From Octopus vulgaris (Eukaryota), in the NCBI GenBank assembly GCA_951406725.2, contig OX597815.1, positions 66,774,001-66,838,000 of the forward strand: DNA of 64,000 bases. The letters run 5' to 3'. The translations under genes were made by a program, and so were the position numbers. The notes under the pieces were generated by a model. That model made no database searches, was not told the origin of the DNA, and saw nothing but the letters and a program-made list of their open reading frames with translations. The stretch's first letter is position 1. Each line of letters opens with the position of its first letter. Below, piece by piece: positions 1 to 13,634 of this stretch.

Positions 1-116
<116 letters not shown>

Positions 117-118
<2 letters not shown>

Positions 119-335
119 TCCTTTCTCCTAAAGGCACAAGGCCTGAAAATTTGTGGGAGGGGACTAGTTGATTACATTGACCCCAATTCATAACTGGTAC
201 TTATTTCATCAACTCTAAAAGTATGAAAAGCAATGTCAACGTCAGTGGATTTTGAACTCAGAATGTGAAGACAGATGAAATACCGCTAATCATTTCGCCT
301 GGTGTGCAAACAATTCTGCCAGTTTGTTGCCTTTA
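117..335 (-). mobile_element. tRNA-derived SINE, family with (TTA)n tail
   Basis: The reverse strand reads ...ctggcagaattg...ttctgagttcaaaatcc (B-box-like)...aataagtaccagtt...ggccttgtgcc...gaaaggatta. Related copies lie at 11528-11680, 12638-12855, 12900-13115, 20345-20545 (-) and 42062-42235, 43058-43272, 43775-43985, 51760-51950, 60728-60950 (+). Confidence 0.8.
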
Positions 336-359
336 ATAATAATAATAATAATAATAATG

Positions 360-390
<31 letters not shown>

Positions 391-399
391 TAATAATGA

Positions 400-705
400 C
401 TTTACAGTCTCAAATGACTAGAAAGTCAACATGAGAAGTATAGAGAAAATAGCAAAGTACCAGGACATAGCCATTGAGCATCTGAGGTTGTAGAAAGTCT
501 GCCTAAAAAAATGTATCCCTGTAGTTATAGGTGCATTAGGGACTGTTCCTAATGATTTGAACAGATGGATAGAGGAAATAAGCATAAAATGTACTTTAAT
601 GCAGCTCTAGAAAAACAGCATTATTAGGGACAGCTAGGTTACTTGGGAAAATTCTCAGTGTCTAAGGTTACTTGTTGTAACATGATGTTAGGAATGTTTT
701 CCAAT
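400..705 (+). mobile_element. R4/Dong-type non-LTR retrotransposon, degenerate restriction-like endonuclease (RLE) C-terminus
   Basis: Translates with stops and shifts as EKIAKYQDIAIE...IPVVIGALGTVP...KTALLGTARLLGKIL, then a short 3' UTR and (AAT)n. Confidence 0.8.
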
Positions 706-764
706 AATAATAATAACAACAACAATAATAATCCTTTCTACTATAGGCACAAGGCAATTTTCTT

Positions 765-965
765 TTTGTGCCTTATAATTTAACATTCTCACCAGTAAAA
801 TTTCCACTTATTCCTTGTTTTTATTTTCCTAAAATTTTCATTGCGTCTTGCAACCTTTTCAATAGTCATGACAGAATATGCTTCAACAGATGAACTCACA
901 TAAAGAATCTTGCAAACCAAATCCAAAAATGAAATAGTTTGTTTTCTTTCTCAGTTAAGACTAGG
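765..965. repeat. Dispersed repeat also present in H2A.Z intron 3
   Basis: Shares blocks (ttataatttaacattctcacc, gtcttgcaacctt, atgcttcaaca...ctcacata...tcttgcaaaccaaa) with 25852-26085. Confidence 0.75.
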
Positions 966-969
966 AAGC

Positions 970-1365
970 TAGACATATTCTTAATTGAGAAAGAAAACAA
1001 ACTATGCTGGATCATAGATATAGCAACCCAGCGGACAACAAGGTATGCAATAAGAAAGAAAGAAAAGTTAAGAGATATGACAGGTTAGCTTGGGAAGTTA
1101 AGCAGTTGTGGTCAATGAAAAAGGTAGCAGTAGTACCAATAATTGTTGGAGCTCTGGGAACAGTGAGCAAAAATCTTGAGAAGTACACAGAAAAAATAGG
1201 GGCTACAACAAGGGTGGAGCACTTGCAGAAAACAGCATTGCTTAGAACCACTTAAATACTCTGGAAGGTACTCGAAAAATAAGACATGTTACCTTAGTTC
1301 ACTGGTAGTGAACAGCTGACACTGTAGTACATCTCCAGCATTAGAAGCTGTGCAAAGGCAATAAT
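970..1365 (+). mobile_element. R4/Dong-type LINE 3' fragment (RLE domain and 3' UTR)
   Basis: ORF 1004-1255 reads KERKVKRYDRLAWEVKQLW...VVPIIVGALGTV...LQKTALL, the conserved end of an RLE domain. It ends in an AAT repeat. Confidence 0.85.
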
Positions 1366-1384
1366 AATTATTATCATTATTATT

Positions 1385-1938
1385 GAGTGAGAGAGCAGTT
1401 CATGCCATCAAAGTGACACTGGGGTAAAATATACGAAGCCCAATATACCCATCATGACTACCCGTCTGATAAAGGTACACCAGGCACATGCACCACAACC
1501 ATATGTGCGCGACATGGTGATTTCGTATCAAGATAAACAGCACATGACCTTGCAGGTGGGGTCCAGTTAGAATTTTCTTCAGGTTGAGTAGCCCATCCTG
1601 CTCAAATGGTCCCTGAATAAGGGTTGTTTAAGGATGTTGAAAGAACCACCCATGTTTCCAGAGGTGAATTATTCAAACCCCAAAGAATCCCTCTCAATAC
1701 ATGGCTATGATGCTCCCCCATTACTTCTGCTCGTGATCAGAGATGCACATATCGTCAGCCACTAAGGGACATGCTCAACTGGTTAAGGTCAAACAACTGA
1801 CAAGCAAATCTGTGGTATTGAGTAGAATATTTGCTGTAGCCCATCTTTTATACCAAGACAAAACAATGTACATGATAACACTTCCAATCAGTTAAGATCA
1901 GAAGCCATGAGAGCCACTGCCTGGTACTGCATCAGGGC
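1385..1938 (-). mobile_element. ~550-bp non-coding (AAT)n-tailed repeat, full-length copy
   Basis: Reverse complement of the element at 6639-7192; flanked by (TTA)n on both sides. Confidence 0.9.
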
Positions 1939-1974
<36 letters not shown>

Positions 1975-2440
1975 CATTATTAATAGCAACAACAAAGATA
2001 ATAATAATAATAGTAATAATAATGATAATGATAATAATAATAATAGCAAGAAGAAGAAGAGGAAGAAGAACAATAACAACAACAACAACAACAACAACAG
2101 TAGTAATACTAATAGGAGTATTTGAAATAATAATAATATTAGCAGCAGTGGTACAAAATACGTAAACTATATTGGAAACAGTACTAAGACATAATACTAA
2201 TTATGCTTATGCATAATAGAACTCGCAAAAAACAAGATGGTGATAAAGATAATAATGGAAAGAACAATAATGGGGATAAGTACCATAGCAATGTCAGCAG
2301 TAATGAAAGTAAAAGTAGAGTTAATAATAATAGTGATGGGGATACGAATAACAATAGGTATAATAGCAGCAGACATAATTTTAGAAGTAGGAGTAACAGC
2401 AACAACAACAAAACAACAATAATTATAATAATAATTGTAA
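1939..2440. repeat. Compound degenerate (TTA)/(AAT)/(AAC)/(AAG) trinucleotide tract
   Basis: Visible low-complexity arrays; source of the poly-I/N/L ORFs. Confidence 0.85.
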
Positions 2441-3229
2441 CTGTAGGAGCCCTAATACATGTCCATTAGATGAATAATGCCTTAAGAAAAATCTAGTTTA
2501 TAGTTCCTCAGTTGTTACAGATAGAATAGTTTACCGTTATATAGTCATTTGCACAACAACATTCAAGTTTTGATATGACCACATCCCATCATTTATATAT
2601 ATATAGGAATAAGGAAAGATCAACCTCATTAAGCTTCTCAGACTTGAGCTTCTGTGTCTATCCTCAACCTGGGCTCCTGTACAAAAAAATAAATAGTTTG
2701 CATATACAGATCAAAAGGAACAATTACAGGCAAACAAACAGACAGAATAATGAAAAAATTCAGGATAATAACAATAATAGGCCTATCTCTCAACTACTGT
2801 ATTTGTTCAGCTGAATCATCACATTCTTCATCACTTTCACCTATTTGATTGTCCAAATCCCTCTCATTGCCTGTGTAATGATAAACTCTTCATCTGAAGA
2901 ATAAAAATCATCAATAATTTCCTCAACTGTGAAGGGTCTAGGCCTTGCACATTAACCAGATGAAGTGCTGGGTTCATCATATGCTTGTTTCATCACAAAA
3001 ATCAATTTTTTCAAATAAAAATGAAAGTAAACAATAGCTATGAGGGAAGCCATTAACAACAAGTCATAAACACACTTAACTGCAAAGCAACGTGATTGGT
3101 CATCTATTTTTAGTATTTTATCTTTTTCTAAGTATGTTGCTCATTAATGCTTTAACAGGGATCCAGTAGAGATTATGTTTAGGCTATTACATGTTTCCGG
3201 AATAGTGGTGCTATACCAGGAAGACAGTG

Positions 3230-4480
3230 TGATAGGGTTAAGCAAGCTAATTTGAGAGCTTAAAGATAACAAAACAAAGTATAATATTAAGTGATCAATA
3301 TTAAGCACTGCTTCTCCTTATGACAGGGAATACTAGATCTGTACTTTGTCTGGAAGAGTCATTGTTAACACTCACATCAGAGTATAACATCCTGAATAAG
3401 ATGGATACATTTTTACAGCAAAACCTTTAGATCATTCCCTTGATAATTAATTATGTACAAATGGACATGATAACACCTGCATACCTTCCTAGTCCAGTAG
3501 TTTAGAAATAACATATATTTAAATTAAATGGTAATTGTCAATTTTCTTAATCGTTTGAATTATAGAAGGTTCCTTTTCCATGTCCCTTCTCTCTGTTCAT
3601 TTGATGATAAGAAGATATCCTTTATATTTTTTATGCTTTGTTTTCATATATCCATTCCTTTACTTTTCCCCATATTATTTTCATTTTTAATTTTATTTTT
3701 TGTTGCTTTTGTTTTGTTTTGTCTTTGTTTGATTTTGTTTAGGGTTTATCTTCTTCACTTGGCACTTGCACAATTTACTCTAGCACCCTAGTTATGAATC
3801 ATATCTTAGCCTTCCTATTGCAGCTGTACCAGTGATACATAGTCTTATAACTTAGGATACATGTAGACTTAGTCTCACTGTTTATTTACCTGTTATAGTT
3901 TATTTATTGATAAACAGCTGATTACTTATTTCTGTTGACTGTTTTGCACTTATATATGAATTCCTAGTAACTAAGAAGATAGATGTTGATACTTTGGGCT
4001 TAAAATAACTAACAACATCATAGTTAACTTTCCCTTTCACATAACTTCCATAAATATAGCAGTAAACACCAAAAGCCTGCCATTGACCTAACACAGCTTC
4101 CAAAAATATAGTAGTAAATTCCAAATGTCTGTCACAAGAGGTGAGCTATCAAATTTCTTTACTGGATGTCAATACTATTCATCCATAGTAAGACAGAGCA
4201 ATAGTTCAAGGTTGATGGCTAGAAACAAGTAACCTAATTTCATATAAATGGCACACTGACCAAATTACAGCCACTTTTTTTTCTTAGCTTCTTATTCTTT
4301 GGCAGTTGATCTGTTTCTGCTCTGAAGAAGATATTACGAAGGTCATTCTCCATATATTTTCAATTGATCAGTCAATCGATTGATAAATTTGAAGTTTGAA
4401 CACACCCAAATGCATATCTGAAACAACTATAAGCTTATAATAAATAAATAAATGTATATAATCCACTGTTTCTGTCTATC
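3230..4480 (+). mobile_element. Degenerate Penelope-like element 3' part (GIY-YIG C-terminal remnant, UTR and hammerhead motif)
   Basis: 3234-3410 translates as GLSKLI*ELKDNKTKYNIK*SILSTASPY...ICTL/CLEESLLTLTSEYNILNK, which aligns by eye to the GIY-YIG ORF at 49503-50032. A hammerhead-like motif sits at 4319-4434, and the element ends near (TA)n at 4481. Confidence 0.65.
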
Positions 4481-4517
<37 letters not shown>

Positions 4518-6009
4518 AGCAGAAATATGTGTGTGAGTGTGTGTATGTTTGTGTCCTTGTCTCGATATCATATGATTGTTGAAAATGAATGTTATTCATT
4601 TCAAATATTCTGTGACATGTTTTGCTAGTGGTAAATATAATCTTACTTGGAAACAGATGAGGGTTGGCAACAAGAAAAGCATTCAACCACAGAAAATCTG
4701 CCTCACTAAACTCAGTGTTTTCCATGCAAGTATAGAAAAGTAGACGTTACCTGATGATGATGATAAATGAATACATGAAAATGTTCACCATTGATTGTTC
4801 TGTAGTCAGACAGGGGAAACATTCAAGGTGAGACTAGAATTGATATCTATCTGTGTATCATAGTTTATGCAGACATGGCACAAAAAGTCAAATTTACTGC
4901 AGTACTCTTCTTCCAAAGATAATCTCCCACAGTGCACACTTTATGGATACATTGTGTTTAAAAATACAAAACTATACCAGTAGCAGATGAAAATCATTCA
5001 ACAGTGGCAGTGAGATTGCTAGATGGACACTTCTGTCTTGTTGAGCTTTGTCAGTAGCATGTAACTACTGATGAAAATTGCAGTAAATTCGCCTTTTTGT
5101 GATGTACTTTAGTTACTTTAATCTTTTTGTTGAATATAATAGAATAGGTAGTTTAGTTACTTTAATCTTTTTGTTGAATATAATAGAATAAATATATTTT
5201 TATAATGCTAAACTGCAATTTATGATTTCATGGAGCAGTAATAGATTTTTTTCCACCAGATTTCTGTAGTTGTTACAGTTATTAAACCCCAGGTTATAAA
5301 TGACTGAGCAGGACTATGGTACACAGCTAATCAACCATACAATTAGATGTGACCCACAGATTTTTTTCCTATTTTCCCTTTATATCTCTGCTTAACTGCA
5401 CTCTCCAATATGCAATGAGGAACTGTTTAGAATGCAATGACAGTCTGGGCAAGTTACACACCCTGCACTGTGTACCAGCAGATTCTTGTGGTGGCTTCTG
5501 CATGAGGTGTCAAAGTGGACTTAGTCTTAGGGCAACAGTTGTTTATTAATGTAACAAACAGTGTGTCTTGCATGTCCCAGTGGTCCTTTATTGTAAGTGT
5601 CTTTGTTATGGTGTGGATGGTTTGTGTACAAGCTCTGTGTGATGATGTATAATACACTGTATTGTGCAGTTGGTTATTTATTGTGCTTTGTTGAGGAGAA
5701 GTCAAGGGCTCAGGTAGGACTATCTTAGTCCATATTGTCTCTGATTTATTATTGGCATTAAGAAGGGGATCTAGCCATAGAAACCATGCCAAAACAGATA
5801 CTGGAGCTCAATACAGTCCTCTGGCTCATCATATCCTGTCACAATGTCCAACGTATACCAGTATGGAAAATGGCCATTAAATGGTGACGATGGTTACAAC
5901 AAAGATGACTTAGTTTCTTTTTGTTCACAAAATGTGGTGCCTATGATTGCTCTAAATATGTTCATAAATTGTTGTGATTTCGTCAGCATCTCTTTATGTT
6001 GTAGAAGTG

Positions 6010-6054
<45 letters not shown>

Positions 6055-6489
6055 AGTTGTATGCTTATGTTGCTGAGTGTAATGGCTGGCCATATTAGGT
6101 GATACTTTAAGACTGTTGTTTTTTGTTGTTTTTTTAACCAGGTTTTTGTGCAACTCTTTGAGATAGGTGGGAATATGTGATTGTGATGTTGTCTGTTTAC
6201 AAGATTGTGAATATGTTTTTAAAAAATATGAAGAAAATCATGTAAGTAGGAGAAAGGATGGTTTCCTGTGATATGCCATTCAGAAAATTCTAGAGATGTT
6301 GGTGACCTGACAAGTAGTGTATTGTCCAGCATTTTGTATTGTTTCTGAAGATGACATTGTGCATTTTGTATGTAAGTGGATAATATTGAATGGAATCTAA
6401 AATTTTACTGTTCTTGCTGTAATTAAAATGGTTCAGGGAGGAGTATTTCTGTTGTTGAATCTATCTTTTATCCTCTGCATAAGGTTTGT

Positions 6490-6490
6490 A

Positions 6491-6558
<68 letters not shown>

Positions 6559-8462
6559 TGATGATGATGATGATAATAAATTGCCCCGATGCAGTACCAT
6601 TGCCCTGATGCAGTAAATTGCCCTGATGCAGTACCATTGCCCTGATGCAGTACCAGGCAGTGGCTCTCATGGCTTCTGATCTTAACTGATTGGAAGTGTT
6701 ATCATGTACATTGTTTTGTCTTGGTATAAAAGATGGGCTACAGCAAATATTCTGCTCAATACCACAGATTTGCTTGTCTGTTGTTTAACCATAACCAGTT
6801 GAGCATGTCCCTTAGTGGCTGATGATATGTGCATCTCTGATCACGAGCAGAAGTAGTGGGGGAGCATCATAGCCATGTGTTGAGAGGGATTCTTTGGGGT
6901 TTGAATAATTCACCTCTGGAAACATGGGTGGTTCTTTCAACATCCTTAAACAACCCTTATTCAGGGACCTTTTGAGCGGGTGGGCTACTCAACCTGAAGA
7001 AATTTCTAACTGGGCCCCACCTGCAAGGTCATGTGCTGTGTATCTTGATATGAGATCACCATGTCACGCACATATGGTTGTGATGCATGTGCCTGGTGTA
7101 CCCTTATCAGACGGGTAGTCATGATGGGTATTTTGGGCTTCGTATATTTTACCCCAGTGTCACTTTGATGGCATGAACTGCTCTCTCACTCAATAATAAT
7201 AATAATAATGCCCAGTAGAGCTTCTACTGAAAGTTTGTCCCTTAGGGACAGCGAGGATTACATGAGGGTTTTACGCACTTGAAAGACAGCTGCAAACTTG
7301 TGGATACCTAATGTTACAGGTAGTAACCCACTACCTACATAAATCCTACCAGGAATAAGACTAAGCCTGAGTCAAACCAAAATAGTAATAATAATAAATG
7401 CCTTAATGCAATACCAAACACTGGCTCTCATGACTTAACTGATTGAAAATGTTATGTACATTGTCTTGGTGCAAAAGATGGGCTACAGCAAATATTCTGC
7501 TCAGTACCACAGATTTGTCAATTGCCTGACCTTAACCAGTTGAGCATGTCCCTTAGTGGCTGACGATATGTGGATCTCTGATCATGAGCCAAAGTAATGG
7601 GGGAGCCATGTGCCGAGAGGAGTTCTTTGGGATTTGAATTACTCACCTTTGGAAACATGGGAATTTTGTTCATCATCCTTAAACAAACTTTATTCAGGGA
7701 CCTTTCGAGCATAATGAGCTGCTTGACCTGAAGAAAATTCTAACTGCACCCCACCTGCCAAGTCATGCACTGTTTATCTTGATATTAGATCACCATGTCA
7801 CACACATACAGTTGTGATGCATGTGCCTGGTGTACCCTTATCAGATGGGTAGCTTGATGGGTATACTGGGCTTCGTATATATTTTACCCCTGTTTGACTT
7901 TGATGGTATGTGCTACTCTCTCAGTCAATAATAATAATAATAGATGCTCTGATGCAATACCAGGCAGTGGCTCTTATGGCTTCTTATCTTAATTGATTGA
8001 AAGTGTTATCATGTACATGTTTTGTCTTGGTGTATAAGATGGTCTACAGCAAATATTCTGTTCACTACCACAGATTTACTTGTCAGTTGCTTGACCTTAA
8101 CCAGTTGAGCATGTCTCTAAGTGGTTAACAATATGTGCATCTCTATTCACTAGTAGGAGTGGTGGGGGAGCATCATAGCTATGTGCTGAGAGGAATTCTT
8201 TGGGTGTTTCATTTATCATCCTTAAACAACCATTATTCAGGAACCTTTTGGGTGGGATAGCTACTCAAGCTGAAGAAGATTCTAATTAGGTCCCACTTGC
8301 AAGGTCATGTGCTGTCTATCTTGATATGAAATCACAATGTCACGCACATATGGTTGTGATGCATGATGCCTAGTGTACCCTTATCAGATGGGTAGTCATG
8401 ATGGGTATATTGGGCTTCGTATATTTTACCCCAGTGTCACTTTGATGGCATGTGTTGCTCTC

Positions 8463-8541
<79 letters not shown>

Positions 8542-10450
8542 TGATGATGATGATGATGATGATAATAAATTGCCCCGATGCAGTACCATTGCCCTGATGC
8601 AGTAAATTGCCCTGATGCAGTACCATTGCCCTGATGCAGTACCAGGCAGTGGCTCTCATGGCTTCTGATCTTAACTGATTGGAAGTGTTATCATGTACAT
8701 TGTTTTGTCTTGGTATAAAAGATGGGCTACAGCAAATATTCTGCTCAATACCACAGATTTGCTTGTCTGTTGTTTAACCTTAACCAGTTGAGCATGTCCC
8801 TTAGTGGCTGACGATATGTGCATCTCTGATCACGAGCAGAAGTAGTGGGGGAGCATCATAGCCATGTGTTGAGAGGGATTCTTTGGGGTTTGAATAATTC
8901 ACCTCTGGAAACATGGGTGGTTCTTTCAACATCCTTAAACAACCCTTATTCAGGGACCTTTTGAGCGGCTGGGCTACTCAACCTGAAGAAATTTCTAACT
9001 GGGCCCCACCTGCAAGGTCATGTGCTGTGTATCTTGATATGAGATCACCATGTCACGCACATATGGTTGTGATGCATGTGCCTGGTGTACCCTTATCAGA
9101 CGGGTAGTCATGATGGGTATTTTGGGCTTCATATATTTTACCCCAGTGTCACTTTGATGGCATGAACTGCTCTCTCACTCAATAATAATAATAATAATGC
9201 CCAGTAGAGCTTCTACTGAAAGTTTGTCCCTTAGGGACAGCGAGGATTACATGAGGGTTTTACACACTTGAAAGACAGCTGCAAACTTGTGGATACCTAA
9301 TGTTACAGGTAGTAACCCACTACCTACATAAATCCTACCAGGAATAAGACTAAGCCTGAGTCAAACCAAAATAGTAATAATAATAAATGCCTTAATGCAA
9401 TACCAAACACTGGCTCTCATGACTTAACTGATTGAAAATGTTATGTACATTGTCTTGGTGCAAAAGATGGGCTACAGCAAATATTCTGCTCAGTACCACA
9501 GATTTGTCAATTGCCTGACCTTAACCAGTTGAGCATGTCCCTTAGTGGCTGACGATATGTGGATCTCTGATCATGAGCCAAAGTAATGGGGGAGCCATGT
9601 GCCGAGAGGAGTTCTTTGGGATTTGAATTACTCACCTTTGGAAACATGGGAATTTTGTTCATCATCCTTAAATAAACTTTATTCAGGGACCTTTCAAGCA
9701 TAATGAGCTGCTTGACCTGAAGAAAATTCTAACTGCACCCCACCTGCCAAGTCATGCACTGTTTATCTTGATATTAGATCACCATGTCACACACATACAG
9801 TTGTGATGCATGTGCCTGGTGTACCCTTATCAGATGGGTAGCTTGATGGGTATACTGGGCTTCGTATATATTTTACCCCTGTTTGACTTTGATGGTATGT
9901 GCTACTCTCTCAGTCAATAATAATAATAATAGATGCTCTGATGCAATACCAGGCAGTGGCTCTTATGGCTTCTTATCTTAATTGATTGAAAGTGTTATCA
10001 TGTACATGTTTTGTCTTGGTGTATAAGATGGTCTACAGCAAATATTCTGTTCACTACCACAGATTTACTTGTCAGTTGCTTGACCTTAACCAGTTGAGCA
10101 TGTCTCTAAGTGGTTAACAATATGTGCATCTCTATTCACTAGTAGGAGTGGTGGGGGAGCATCATAGCTATGTGCTGAGAGGAATTCTTTGGGTGTTTCA
10201 TTTATCATCCTTAAACAACCATTATTCAGGAACCTTTTGGGTGGGATAGCTACTCAAGCTGAAGAAGATTCTAATTAGGTCCCACTTGCAAGGTCATGTG
10301 CTGTCTATCTTGATATGAAATCACAATGTCACGCACATATGGTTGTGATGCATGTGCCTAGTGTACCCTTATCAGATGGGTAGTCATGATGGGTATATTG
10401 GGCTTCGTATATTTTACCCCAGTGTCACTTTGATGGCATGTGTTGCTCTC

Positions 10451-10452
<2 letters not shown>
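6490..10452 (+). repeat. Tandem segmental duplication, 2 x ~1989 bp
   Basis: Identical or near-identical ORFs are offset by 1989 (6924/8913; 7518/9507). The units are delimited by (AAT)n arrays. Confidence 0.93.
6639..7192 (+). mobile_element. ~550-bp non-coding (AAT)n-tailed repeat
   Basis: Starts gccctgatgcagtaccaggcagtgg and ends ctctctcactc(aat)n. Further copies: 7398-7927, 7945-8463, 8628-9181, 9387-9916, 9934-10452. Confidence 0.9.
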
Positions 10453-10506
<54 letters not shown>

Positions 10507-11008
10507 TGGAAGTGTTATCATGTACATTGTTTTGTCTTGGTATAAAAGATGGGCTACAGCAAATATTCTACTCAATACCACAGATTTGCTTGTCAGTTGT
10601 TTGACTTTAACCAGTTGAGCATGTCCCTTAGTGGCTGACGATATGTGCATCTCTGATCACGAGCAGAAGTAGTGGGGGAGCATCATAGCCATGTGTTGAG
10701 AGGGATTCTTTGGGGTTTGAATAATTCACCTCTGGAAACATGGGTGGTTCTTTCAACATCCTTAAACAACCCTTATTCAGGGACCTTTTGAGTGGGATGG
10801 GCTACTCAACCTGAAGAAAATTCTAACTGGGCCCCACCTGCAAGGTCATGTGCTGTTTATCTTGATATGAGATCACCGTGTCGCGCACATATGGTTGTGA
10901 TGCATGTGCCTGGTGTACCCTTATCAGACGGGTAGTCATGATGGGTATATTGGGCTTCGTATATTTTACCCCAGTGTCACTTTGATGGCATGAACTGCTC
11001 TCTCACTC

Positions 11009-11009
<1 letters not shown>
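10507..11009 (+). mobile_element. ~550-bp repeat, 5'-truncated copy
   Basis: Begins at tggaagtgttatcatg, has the same 3' end, and is embedded in (AAT)n. Confidence 0.9.
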
Positions 11010-11052
<43 letters not shown>

Positions 11053-11520
11053 TAATTGGAGCATTTGGGTATGATAAAAAACACATGAACAAAAATATAG
11101 AAGCTATAGCTGGGCTCTCAACACTACACACTATCTAAAAAATAGCCCTGCTAGAAATAGCCCACATTCTACACAATGCAATATCAGTTCAATAAAACCG
11201 AAATAAAACAATCCACAAACACAAGAGACACTCAATACCAATAAAGTCAACAACCCCTACAACATGCACTCTACTGGCCAGGTATCCAACAGGAAAACAA
11301 CTCATGTTACACATACAACACACAATGAAAACACTAATACAACACATAGATTGCAACCAACCACCATAAGAAAACAAATGATTGCAATACAATACCAGGA
11401 GAGTTTGCATTCTCCCAATAACAAAGTAGAATACACAATGCTGCACACATACCAGCAATGCAGAGATGTAACAGGTGATGCAGTAGAAATCTCCCTGAAA
11501 CTATCAAATGTCAAATAATG
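11053..11520 (+). mobile_element. R4/Dong-type LINE 3' end (RLE tail and UTR)
   Basis: Reads IIGAFG...KIALLEIAHILH, then a UTR whose last ~100 bp recur at 12540-12630. Confidence 0.6.
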
Positions 11521-13140
11521 ATAATAATAATCCTTTCTACTATAGACACAAGGTCTGAAATTGTTGGGGAGAGGACTAGTCAATTACATCGACCCAGGGT
11601 TTTACTGGTACTTATTTTATCATCCCTGAAATGATGAAAAGCAAAATCGACCTCAGTGGAATTTGAACTCAGAACATAGCGATGCATACCCTGCACACAG
11701 ATAAATTTTTTCACAAATTATAGTATGGCTTACAATACTTTGCTTACCTTTACTGTTAATTGAACTGAATTAAGCTTGGTAAGTGTTTGACTAAAAGAGG
11801 ATTAGAAGCCTAAGAACAGTGAAATTAAGAAACAACTTGTGAATAAATGAAACCCTTGAATTCATCACTGTACGCACACACATACATGCACATTCACACA
11901 CACATGCACAGTCACATATCTATGTATGCATTTATGTATGTATGTATGTACCTACATTTGTCTACGAGCATAGGTACACCATGAGGTACACATGCAGATG
12001 ATGGTAAATGCATATGAAAAAGAAAGTGACAAAATGAAATACTTATAGAAAATATTGCATAGCAATGTCTTTCAATGATGGCAGGTGAATCAAATGTACT
12101 GTAGTTCATTGTAGGATATAAATAATATGACCACTTGCTTATCAGAAATTTGTAAGTACGATTTTTTTTAAATCAAACAAATTTTTTTTCAAGTATCACC
12201 ATGGTAAGTATTTATACTCTGGTGAAATTAAGAAACCAACTCATAAATAAATGAAACCTTCAAATGCATCACTGTACACACACGCACGCACGCACACAGT
12301 CGCACATTTATGTATGTTTGAAGATAATCAAACCAAATTTTCATCATTTTGAGCCACTCACCCACTGAGTATTTCTACCAAATTTGGTGAAAATCTGTTA
12401 TGCCGTTTTCCAGTAATTTTGCAAACACACAGACAAACAAATGTAGATGAGTGATTACAATACCATACTGTCACTTACACGTGCAGGTTAATAGTAGTAA
12501 TAATAACAAAAACAACAATAAATAAAATAATAATAAAAAAGAACACACAATGCTGCACACACCTCAGCAACACAGGTGTAGCAGGTGATGCAGTAGTAAT
12601 CTGCCTGAAACTATCAAATGTCAAACAATAATAATAATAATCCTTTCTACTATAGTACAATGCCTGAAATTGTGGGGGAGGGGGCAGTTGATTACATCGA
12701 CCCAAGTGCATAACTGGTACTTATTTTATCAACCCCAAAAGGACAAAAAGCAAAGTCAACCTTGGCAGAATTTGAACTCAGAATATCAAGGTGAACGAAA
12801 TGCTGCTAAGCATTTCGCATGGCATGCTAACGATTCTGCCAGCTCATCGCCTTTAATAATAATAATAATAATAATAACAACAACAACAGCAACAATGATA
12901 ATCCTTTCTACCACAGGCACAAGGGTGAAATTTTGAGGGAGGGACCAGTTGATTAGATCGACTCCAGTTTGCAACTGGTACTTAATTTATTGACCACAAA
13001 AGGATGAAAGGCAAAGTTGACCTTGGCAGAATTTGAACTCAGAATGTAAAGACAGATGAAATACCAATAAGCATTTCACCTGGCGTGCTAATGATTCTGC
13101 CAGCTCTCTGCCTTTAATAATAATAATAATAATAATAATA

Positions 13141-13600
13141 ATGGGCTACAGCAAATATTCTGCTCAATACCACAGATTTGCTCGTCAGTTGTTTGACCTT
13201 AACCAGTTGAGCATGTCCCTTAGTGGCTGACGATATGTGCATCTCTGATCACGAGCAGAAGTAGTGGGGGAGCATCATAGCCATGTGTTGAGAGGAATTC
13301 TTTGGGGTTTGGATATTTCACCTCTGGAAACATGGGTGTTTCGTTCAACATCCTTAAACAACCCTTATTCAGGGACCTTTTGAGCAGGATGGGCTACTCA
13401 ACCTGAAGAAAATTCTAACTGGGCCCCACCTGCAAGGTCATGCGCTGTTTATCTTGATATGAGATCACCATGTCGCGCACATATGGTTGTGATGCATGTG
13501 CCTAGTGTGCCCTTATCAGACGGGTAGTCATGATGGGTATACTGGGCTTCGTATATTTTACCCCAGTGTCACTTTGATGGCATGCACTGCTCTCTCACTC

Positions 13601-13634
<34 letters not shown>

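Noticed and set aside
1888-2469. Poly-L/I/N ORFs (also 6428-6670, 8373-8659, 14460-14927, 39862-40080, 46835-47124, 63448-63671, etc.)
   Set aside because: Translations of microsatellites; not genes.
2780-2995. Acidic reading on the - strand resembling a piggyBac transposase N-terminus
   Set aside because: Stops present, no catalytic motifs and no TIR located; too weak to call.
6490-11050. Repeat-spacer array reminiscent of CRISPR
   Set aside because: Units are ~550-bp retroelement copies separated by microsatellites in eukaryotic DNA; no cas genes.
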